Source: Candidatus Dojkabacteria bacterium
GTDB lineage: Bacteria > Patescibacteriota > Dojkabacteria > J137
Assembly (NCBI GenBank): GCA_039929105.1
Contig: JBDSRX010000076.1
Location: forward strand, 1-49,557
DNA: 49,557 nucleotides
Direction: 5' to 3'
This document shows positions 15,429 to 22,503 of the stretch, piece after piece. Each line of letters opens with the position of its first letter. Position 1 is the first letter of the stretch. A program made the translations under genes and the position numbers. The notes under the pieces are model-generated. The model was not told the origin of the DNA. It was given only the letters and a program-made list of their open reading frames with translations, and ran no database searches.

Positions 15429-15935
15429 ATGAACGAAATACAACAAACCCCTGAAGTTTTTCAAGAAAAATTAAACCAATTAGAAACAGCTATCAAAGCT
15501 CTTAAAAATGCAGTTAATCTTTTTCCAGTAAATATGTCAAACGAGATCTTATTTGATAAATGGAGTTTAAAAGATATTCTTGCACATCTTAGTGGATGGA
15601 ATTTAATAACAATTAGAGATTTAACAAAATTAATGAAGGGTGAAGAAATTGCCCAATGGTTTCCAGAAACAGCAATAGATGATTTTAACGAACAAGAAGT
15701 TGTAAAAAGACAAGGTGAGAATTGGGTTGTAGTTTATGGTGAGTTTTACCAAACTTTAGACGAGCTCCTTGCTACTTATAGAAGTTTAAATGATGATCAA
15801 TGGGAACAACAATTAGGACCAAATGAATCAACACCATTAGATTGCATTATAGAAGATTTAAAACACTTTGGAGGAGAACATTTAGAAGATATTCGAAGCG
15901 CTACATTAAATATAAATAGTAAATATAATCAATAA
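15429..15935 (+). CDS. DinB/ClbS-like four-helix-bundle protein
   Basis: WSLKDILAHLSGWN motif and helical composition. Start placed at ATG 15429. Confidence 0.45.
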   Translation: MNEIQQTPEVFQEKLNQLETAIKALKNAVNLFPVNMSNEILFDKWSLKDILAHLSGWNLITIRDLTKLMKGEEIAQWFPETAIDDFNEQEVVKRQGENWVVVYGEFYQTLDELLATYRSLNDDQWEQQLGPNESTPLDCIIEDLKHFGGEHLEDIRSATLNINSKYNQ

Positions 15936-15941
15936 CATAAT

Positions 15942-16964
15942 ATGAAAAAATATTCTTTCTACAACGATTATTCCGAAGGTGCTCATCAAAGTATTCTAGA
16001 TATGCTTTCTCAAACTAACTTAGTGCAAGAACCTGGATACGGTTTAGATTCCATTTCTTTAGAAGCAGCAGACCTCATTAAAAAAGCAGTTAGTGCAAAT
16101 GTAGACGTTCACTTTATATCTGGAGGAACACAAGCAAACTTAACAGTTATTGCTTCCATTTTAAGACCTTACGAAGGTGTAATAGCTGCAAAAACAGGAC
16201 ATATTGCTGTTCACGAAGCTGGAGCTATCGAATCTACTGGACATAAAATTCTTGCTGTAGAATCTGCAGATGGAAAATTAACTGTAGATTTAATTAAATC
16301 TCAATTAACAGACGACGAGCATATGGTAAAACCAAAGCTTGTATTCATTTCTAATGCTACAGAACTAGGAACAATCTACAACGAGCAAGAATTAAAAGAA
16401 ATTTCAGAATTTTGTAAACAACATGACCTTTATTTATACATGGATGGAGCAAGATTAGCCTCTGGATTAATGAGTTCTGCATCAGATTTAGATCTTCCAA
16501 AAGTTGCAAAATATGTAGACATTTTCTACATTGGAGGAACAAAAAACGGAGCTTTAATTGGAGAAGCAATTGTAATTGTAAACGACCAACTTAAAAAAGA
16601 ATTTAGATACCACTTAAAACAAAGAGGAGCATTATTAGCTAAAGGAAAGCTGTTAGGTATTCAATTTAAAGCATTATTTACAAATAATCTTTACTTCGAA
16701 ATCGCAAAACATGCCAATGTAATGGCAGAGAAGTTGACTAATGGAATGAAACAATTAAATATTAAATTCTTAGCAGAATCTACCACAAATCAAATCTTCC
16801 CAATACTTTCTAACGATCAAATTAAAAAGCTAGAAGAGATGTATGGCTTTTATGTTTGGGCTAAAGTAGATGAAAATTCTTCTGCGATAAGGTTAGTAAC
16901 GAGTTGGGCAACAGAGGAGAAGATGGTGGATGAGTTTTTGAGTGATTTGAAAGCTTTAGTTTAG
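15942..16964 (+). CDS. PLP-dependent threonine aldolase / beta-eliminating lyase family protein
   Basis: FYNDYSEGAH, SGGTQANL and FYIGGTKNGA (PLP lysine context). Confidence 0.75.
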   Translation: MKKYSFYNDYSEGAHQSILDMLSQTNLVQEPGYGLDSISLEAADLIKKAVSANVDVHFISGGTQANLTVIASILRPYEGVIAAKTGHIAVHEAGAIESTGHKILAVESADGKLTVDLIKSQLTDDEHMVKPKLVFISNATELGTIYNEQELKEISEFCKQHDLYLYMDGARLASGLMSSASDLDLPKVAKYVDIFYIGGTKNGALIGEAIVIVNDQLKKEFRYHLKQRGALLAKGKLLGIQFKALFTNNLYFEIAKHANVMAEKLTNGMKQLNIKFLAESTTNQIFPILSNDQIKKLEEMYGFYVWAKVDENSSAIRLVTSWATEEKMVDEFLSDLKALV

Positions 16965-17078
16965 TATAGACGGCGAGCGGTTACAGGCCAAATCTTAAAC
17001 GAGCTTGCGAGTTTGTAGATTTTGCTTGGCTTTAGCCCACCTAGACGGCGAAGCCGTTACCACCTAATGCCAATGCGA
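16965..17078. repeat. inverted, internally duplicated copy of the TAGGTGGT..ACGGCT..GCC repeat family
   Basis: TAGACGGCGAGCGGTTAC and TAGACGGCGAAGCCGTTACCACCTAATGCC. The reverse complement AGGTGGTAACGGCTTCGCC matches 19333-19351 at 16 of 19 positions. Confidence 0.6.
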
Positions 17079-17101
17079 GTAATAAAGTTAACAGAGTGGC
17101 A

Positions 17102-17692
17102 CTAATCTTGAATCCAATCAATCAATCCTTCATCTTTAAGATATTCAATATCTTTTTGTTTTCTGTCTACGAAATCATACCTATAACCTGTAATGAATGG
17201 ATCATCGAATATTCTCCATTCCATTGCTTCTTTACTGACTTTATATTTATTAGCCAATCTAAGAATATCATCCTTTGATTGTATTATTTCTTTTCTAATT
17301 AAGTGACTCGGCATCAATAACTCTGATGCAAATGCGTTAGCTTCTACTTCTTCCTTTATTTTAGAATTAAGTCGAATTCTCTGAGTTAATTCTCCCATTA
17401 TTATTCTATGGTCTAGTATGAAATGTCCAAACTCATGAGCTACTGTAAATCGCTGCTTATGCTCATGGTGTGAGTTATTGTATCCAATAATTATTAAACC
17501 ATTCTCATTACGATAAAATCCGGAGAAATCATTGCTTAGTTCTAACCCACAGCAGTTAAAATCTAAGTTGTAAATAAGCTTTAAATGCTCAAGGATGTCT
17601 TTTAATACTATTGGTGGGGATTTGATCTCTAATTCTTGAATTATCTCTGAGGCTTTTTGGATCGACAATTTAATTCTTGGTTTGTCTATCAT
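17102..17692 (-). CDS. ImmA/IrrE-family zinc metallopeptidase (DUF955)
   Basis: HEXXH in FTVAHEFGHFILDH, followed by EANAFASELLMP. Confidence 0.85.
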   Translation of the reverse strand: MIDKPRIKLSIQKASEIIQELEIKSPPIVLKDILEHLKLIYNLDFNCCGLELSNDFSGFYRNENGLIIIGYNNSHHEHKQRFTVAHEFGHFILDHRIIMGELTQRIRLNSKIKEEVEANAFASELLMPSHLIRKEIIQSKDDILRLANKYKVSKEAMEWRIFDDPFITGYRYDFVDRKQKDIEYLKDEGLIDWIQD

Positions 17693-18008
17693 TATTTTTC
17701 TTTAATCTGTCGACTATATCTTGAATCATCTTTATATCATTATCTTCAATATTCTCAGCTCTAAGAGCATTGAGTAGAATACTTTCTCTCGAGATTCTTT
17801 TTATAAAGAAATCGATCGGGATGCTAAAAACATTTGCAATTTTGCTAAGACTTTCGATGTTAATCTTCCTATCTCCTTTTTCTATAAGATGAATAGCAGT
17901 ACCAGACTCATAGCCGAGTTGAAACGCAAGATCTTGTTGAGAAAGTCCTTTTTCCTCTCTTAATTGTTTTATTTTTTGACCAATCTCTTTGTATATCATC
18001 ATTATCAA
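17670..18008 (-). CDS. XRE-family helix-turn-helix transcriptional regulator
   Basis: IGQKIKQLREEKGLSQQDLAFQLGYESGTAIHLIEKGDRKINIESLSKIANVF. Overlaps the ImmA start by 23 nt. Confidence 0.85.
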   Translation of the reverse strand: MIMMIYKEIGQKIKQLREEKGLSQQDLAFQLGYESGTAIHLIEKGDRKINIESLSKIANVFSIPIDFFIKRISRESILLNALRAENIEDNDIKMIQDIVDRLKKNNDRQTKN

Positions 18009-18017
18009 TTATAACAA

Positions 18018-18043
18018 ATCATCAAGATGATAGCAAATTTGCA
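18018..18043. promoter_or_regulatory. two palindromes (ATCATC-AA-GATGAT and GCAAATTTGC) in the divergent XRE / 18130 promoter region
   Basis: Read directly at 18018-18031 and 18034-18043. Candidate operator sites. Confidence 0.35.
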
Positions 18044-18129
18044 AATTTAATAGCAAAGTGATATTATCAATCTGATGAGAAAATTCTAGTAAATTTAACG
18101 AAACGATATTTATTTTTTATTTAATTATT

Positions 18130-18393
18130 ATGGCAAGTTACATTATCTCATACGATCTAAGAAAAGATAAAGATTACAAAAAGTTAATAGCTGAGATAAA
18201 AAATTATGGCACGTATGCCAAAGTATTGGAATCATTTTGGGTAGTTGTTACAAATGATACTTCAGAAGAGATTAAAGAAAACCTTTCAAATCACATGGAT
18301 ATTGATGATGGTTTAATAGTAGTTAAATCAGCAAATGTGGGGTCCTGGAAGAAGGTATTATGCACAGGACAGTGGCTAGTCGATAATCTTTAA
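18130..18393 (+). CDS. small protein with a Cas2/VapD-like sequence pattern
   Basis: SYIISYDL (beta-1 ending in Asp), NYGTYAKVLESFWVV and DIDDGLIVV resemble the Cas2 ferredoxin-fold pattern. By-eye call only. Confidence 0.4.
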   Translation: MASYIISYDLRKDKDYKKLIAEIKNYGTYAKVLESFWVVVTNDTSEEIKENLSNHMDIDDGLIVVKSANVGSWKKVLCTGQWLVDNL

Positions 18394-18416
18394 AATTTAT
18401 TTATTAATTAATTTAT

Positions 18417-18668
18417 ATGGCAGGTAGATCAGACAGAATGCACGTTACAAAAGTAGAAGAGCATAAGTGGCAATATAAAAGGGAAGGGGCAGAAAGAGCA
18501 AGTGGTTTTACAAGGACACAGGCAGAAGCTGAGAAGAAGAGTAAACAAATTCTTTCAAACGATAGAGGGGGACAATCAATAATTCATGGTGAAGATGGCA
18601 AGATTAGAGATGCTGATACTGTTTCCCCAGCAAAAGATCCTAATCCACCAATTGATAAGAAACACTAA
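18417..18668 (+). CDS. DUF2188-family protein
   Basis: WQYKREGAERASGFTRTQAEAEKKSKQIL...IIHGEDGKIRD pattern. Confidence 0.6.
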   Translation: MAGRSDRMHVTKVEEHKWQYKREGAERASGFTRTQAEAEKKSKQILSNDRGGQSIIHGEDGKIRDADTVSPAKDPNPPIDKKH

Positions 18669-18670
18669 GT

Positions 18671-18710
18671 TAAGATGCTCTCTGAGAAAAGAGCATCTTT
18701 TTAATTTTTT
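18671..18710 (+). terminator. intrinsic terminator AAGATGCTC-N10-GAGCATCTT plus T run
   Basis: 9-bp perfect stem followed by TTTTTAATTTTTTT. Confidence 0.65.
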
Positions 18711-18719
18711 TAAATTATT

Positions 18720-19154
18720 ATGAAAACAATCAAAGAATTATCAGGAGAAATATTACTTTACTTTTATGCAAAACAAAGAGAACAAGGTTTCAGTTATGAC
18801 GAGATTATAAGATTTGAAGGAATATATACTGGAAAAATTTCTTATAATGGTCCGGAGGAGTTAAATAAAATATCAAATAATAATTCAGCAGATATTTATA
18901 ATGCAATGAACTACCTGAATGAGAAAAGTTTTCTTAGCTTTAAAAGTTCAAGTGATAGCGGTGGTGATAGCATTCATAGTTTAAAGGTATCTGCAAGTGG
19001 AGTAGATATAATTGAAGGAATAGAACGAGATAATCAAGCACGTAATGACTTCACAGTGAACTTCAATATAAAATTGGCTGAAACCATGAATGTTGAGAGT
19101 CTTTTAAAAGCAGAACTTGGAAGTTTGTTGAAATTTGGTTTAGTGAATGGTTAG
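18720..19154 (+). CDS. hypothetical protein, possible winged-helix (YjcQ-like) protein
   Basis: N-terminal ILLYFYAKQREQGFSYDEI and YNAMNYLNEKSFLSF patterns. Weak call. Confidence 0.4.
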   Translation: MKTIKELSGEILLYFYAKQREQGFSYDEIIRFEGIYTGKISYNGPEELNKISNNNSADIYNAMNYLNEKSFLSFKSSSDSGGDSIHSLKVSASGVDIIEGIERDNQARNDFTVNFNIKLAETMNVESLLKAELGSLLKFGLVNG

Positions 19155-19190
19155 TAATAACAATATTTCTACTATAATTTCTCCCTTTTT

Positions 19191-19281
19191 GTCATTCCTG
19201 CGAAAGCAGGAATCTAGCGTTAGCGTAAAAGAATAAAACGCTTCGCTAGATCCCGCATCACGCTACGCTGTGCGGGATGAC
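19191..19281. repeat. 91-bp MITE-like unit of the GTCAT-hairpin family (GTCATTCCTGC-GAAA-GCAGGAATCTAG ... CTAGATCCCGCA...TGCGGGATGAC)
   Basis: Terminal inverted GTCAT/ATGAC and two internal hairpins. Confidence 0.8.
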
Positions 19282-19298
19282 ATAATGAAGGAGTGTGT

Positions 19299-19360
19299 AA
19301 AGCAACCAAAAAGAGCTTGTATCTATGGCAGTAGGTGGTTACGGCTGTGCCGCCTTGAAT
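19299..19360 (+). repeat. copy A of the second repeat family (AAAGCAACC..GAGCTTG.ATCTATGG...TAGGTGGTTACGGCTGTGCCGCC)
   Basis: Aligns with 26258-26320 and 30019-30085. Confidence 0.7.
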
Positions 19361-19423
19361 ATGGAAATGATAAATTAAAATCTAATAACTTTCTGCTATA
19401 ATTTCTCATATCATCACAAACAT

Positions 19424-19555
19424 ATGAACAGAATAAAACTCCCAAAAATCAAAATTACAATGCGAGGACTATTCCTTGGCTTGTTAGGTTTCCTAACACT
19501 TGCTGGAATCGTTTTGACACCAATCCTTATGGTGGTTCAATATATTAAATTATGA
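19424..19555 (+). CDS. 43-aa small membrane protein, stop overlaps the recG start (ATGA)
   Basis: MNRIKLPKIKITMRGLFLGLLGFLTLAGIVLTPILMVVQYIKL, translated by hand. It is below the ORF-track cutoff. TGA at 19553-19555 overlaps the recG ATG at 19552-19554. Confidence 0.5.
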   Translation: MNRIKLPKIKITMRGLFLGLLGFLTLAGIVLTPILMVVQYIKL

Positions 19556-21558
19556 ACTATCAGCTTTCTGATAAAGTCACAGTTCTACCAGGAATTAGTG
19601 AGCGATACGCCGCTAGTTTTGAACGTATAGGCATCTTTACAGTTAAAGATCTTCTCACATACTTTCCATACAAATACTTAGATACAGACCAAAAGAAGAC
19701 TATTCAAGAAATTCTTTTAAACCCAGACGAAGAGGTTAAATATCTTGTGCAGGTTAGAATTAAAGACTTTAAAAACCAATATATTAGAGGTGGAAGAAGT
19801 ATTCAGAATGGTCTTATCTACGACGAATCTGGAGAAATGAAAGTCTCTTGGTTTAACCAACCATTTATGGCTAGAGTTTTAGCAAAAGATTCTGAGTTTT
19901 TGTTTTATGGAAAGATAAAGGTAAAAGGAAAGCATACAATAATGCATCCAACAATTTTCGAAGAAGTTAAAGAAGATAAAGAAGCGATTCACTTATCTAG
20001 ACTTACGCCAGAATATAGACTGACTTCCGGTATTTCTAAAAAATGGTTAAGAACTAAAATTAAATTTTTGTGTGACTTTTTAGACATTATCGATATTACA
20101 GACGAATTCTTAAAAGAAGGATTGTCTAAAGATTCTAATAAGAATTTAATAAAAGATGTACACTTTCCAGAGTCTGCAAAGAATTTAGATGCTGCAGTAA
20201 AAGAATTATCTTTAAGAGAATTTACAGACATTCAATTAAAGTTAGAAGAGAAGAGATCGAAAATGAAGAAGTTAAAAGCAATACCCGGGAAGAAAACAGT
20301 AGATATTAAGAAGCTTGGAAAAGAATTCATTGAAACTTTACCATTTGAATTAACGAGTGACCAAGCGTCTATAATTGAAAGATTAATGATTGAGGTTGAT
20401 GCGAACAAACCTTCAAATGCATTAATACAAGGAGATGTAGGTTCTGGTAAAACTATTATTGCAATTACACTTGCATATTTAATATCAAAACTCGGATACC
20501 AATCTGTAGTCCTTGCACCAACAACTATACTTGCAAAACAACACTTCGAAACTTTTACTAAATTCTTAGGCAAAAAAGCAAAATGCTTATTAGTAACTGG
20601 AACAACTAAAGACGATTCTGATGCAGATATTCTAATTGGAACTACAGCAGTACTCGCTCGAAAAGAAGGATTAGTAACTAAACCAGGATTAGTTGTAGTA
20701 GACGAGCAACATAAGTTTGGAGTTAAGCAAAGAGAAGAATTGCTGACAGAATATAGAAGTTTGTTTAAAGAAAAATACTATCCACACTTTATAAACATGA
20801 CCGCAACACCAATCCCAAGAACAATTGTTCAATCCTTATTTGGAGATGTAGATGTTTATGCATTAAATTCAAAACCAAAAGGAAGATTGCCAATAAAATC
20901 TTTCTTAGTTCCAGACGAAAAGAAAGCAAGCGGATACGAATGGATTAAAAACGAAGTTGCAAACGGAGCTCAAGTATATTGGGTTTGTCCACTTGTTGAA
21001 GAATCAGATAATTTACAACTAAAAGCTGCTAAAACTACCTACGAAGAATTAAAAGTCTATTTTGACGAGTTTGAAGTAGAACTTATCCACGGCAAGCTAA
21101 AAGAGGATAAGAAAACCGACATAATGAACAAATTTTCTACCCAAAAGGTACAGATATTGGTAACAACTTCTGTAATAGAGGTTGGGATAGACGTACCCAA
21201 TGCATCTATAATCGTTATAGAGTCCGCAGAAAGATTTGGACTCGCACAGCTGCACCAAATGAGAGGAAGAGTAGGTAGAGGAGAAAAACAGAGCTGGGCA
21301 TTTCTTTACACATCACCAGAAGTTTCAGATTTAGCGACAGATAGACTTAACTTTTTCTGTGGAAGCAACGATGGTTTAAAAATTGCAGAGTATGACTTGA
21401 GTTTAAGAGGACCAGGAGAAGTTTACGGAGTCAGACAATCTGGGATTCCAAATCTAAAAATCGCCAGCTTTAAAGACATGAGTATTATTAAAGATAGTCA
21501 GAAGACTGCTGAAGCTTTGTATAAGAAAGGGTATAGAAATATTGAATTATTTTCATGA
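19552..21558 (+). CDS. recG: ATP-dependent DNA helicase RecG
   Basis: Wedge-domain N-terminus, GDVGSGKT (Walker A), VVDEQHKFG, MTATPIPRT and QLHQMRGRVGRG. Confidence 0.93.
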   Translation: MNYQLSDKVTVLPGISERYAASFERIGIFTVKDLLTYFPYKYLDTDQKKTIQEILLNPDEEVKYLVQVRIKDFKNQYIRGGRSIQNGLIYDESGEMKVSWFNQPFMARVLAKDSEFLFYGKIKVKGKHTIMHPTIFEEVKEDKEAIHLSRLTPEYRLTSGISKKWLRTKIKFLCDFLDIIDITDEFLKEGLSKDSNKNLIKDVHFPESAKNLDAAVKELSLREFTDIQLKLEEKRSKMKKLKAIPGKKTVDIKKLGKEFIETLPFELTSDQASIIERLMIEVDANKPSNALIQGDVGSGKTIIAITLAYLISKLGYQSVVLAPTTILAKQHFETFTKFLGKKAKCLLVTGTTKDDSDADILIGTTAVLARKEGLVTKPGLVVVDEQHKFGVKQREELLTEYRSLFKEKYYPHFINMTATPIPRTIVQSLFGDVDVYALNSKPKGRLPIKSFLVPDEKKASGYEWIKNEVANGAQVYWVCPLVEESDNLQLKAAKTTYEELKVYFDEFEVELIHGKLKEDKKTDIMNKFSTQKVQILVTTSVIEVGIDVPNASIIVIESAERFGLAQLHQMRGRVGRGEKQSWAFLYTSPEVSDLATDRLNFFCGSNDGLKIAEYDLSLRGPGEVYGVRQSGIPNLKIASFKDMSIIKDSQKTAEALYKKGYRNIELFS

Positions 21559-22409
21559 TGAGAAAGTTTTCTTTTGAAACAATCCAGGAAACTCCTCAGC
21601 CATCAAATGATTTGTCTACTTTCTGGACTGGAGTAGGAGCTGTTGGAGGGATTGCAGTTGCAGCCATAACTATTATTGCAATTTATGTTACATACATAAA
21701 CACTAAAAGTGAAATAAAAGCAAATAAAGATTTAGTAAATAAACAGAAAAATGAGGATATTTTAGAAAAGAAAGCTCAAATTATCAGTGCATTAAAATTC
21801 GAAATATACTCAAATATAGTTTCGTTAAAAAGAGAAAATATGCTAGAAATACGTTTAAGCACTATAGCTTTTGAAAGATTCAATGAGAATCTTCATCTAT
21901 TTAATCTTAGAGATAATAAGGATTTATACTCTAGATTTGATCAACTTTATAAAAACTTTTATTTCTACAACCATATTTGGCAAAAGTTTTCAATAAATTA
22001 TAATTTACTTAAGGAAGTAAGAGTAAGGATATTCATTTATTATTTGTACCTATTTGGTAGATTTGGAGTAGAAGAAGGAGGTCATGAGAATACTAACTAT
22101 ATGATTGGATCTATTTCAAAAATATTAGAGAACGTTAAAAAGTTAGATGAGGATAATAATCAAGGCAATATCTTAAAGACATTAAACGAAGTTAATAGCA
22201 AGAGCACTAATATTTTTTTTGAAAAAGAATATTTGAGATTAGGACTACTAAAAGTTTTTAAAGATACACATAAAGACAATAGAGAAGATAAGCTTAAAGA
22301 AAATATACTAGATCTAATGTATATATATCTTTGGAAAGAGTATGAGCTTCATGAAGCAATGTTTGACGACAAAGAAATTGATTCAATTTTAAAGAATTTT
22401 AATAACTAA
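21555..22409 (+). CDS. orphan membrane-anchored alpha-helical protein, start overlaps the recG stop (ATGA)
   Basis: One TM segment (GVGAVGGIAVAAITIIAIYVTYI). No motif recognised. Confidence 0.55.
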   Translation: MMRKFSFETIQETPQPSNDLSTFWTGVGAVGGIAVAAITIIAIYVTYINTKSEIKANKDLVNKQKNEDILEKKAQIISALKFEIYSNIVSLKRENMLEIRLSTIAFERFNENLHLFNLRDNKDLYSRFDQLYKNFYFYNHIWQKFSINYNLLKEVRVRIFIYYLYLFGRFGVEEGGHENTNYMIGSISKILENVKKLDEDNNQGNILKTLNEVNSKSTNIFFEKEYLRLGLLKVFKDTHKDNREDKLKENILDLMYIYLWKEYELHEAMFDDKEIDSILKNFNN

Positions 22410-22503
22410 CCTCTAGAAATATCTTTCACAGAATTGTATTGCAACACAATTCTAAAGTTTAGATTAATGATAGTATTAATTATCTACTTCTTAATCCATA
22501 CTT

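Noticed and set aside
19330-19352. TAGGTGGTTACGGCTG / GATGGTGACCGCTG resembling the T-box antiterminator core (GGGTGGTACCGCG, as recalled)
   Set aside because: There is no Stem I or specifier architecture and no downstream terminator with a U-tract. None of the copies precedes an aminoacyl-tRNA synthetase or amino-acid gene, and one copy sits at an operon 3' end on the other strand. It is treated as a dispersed repeat.
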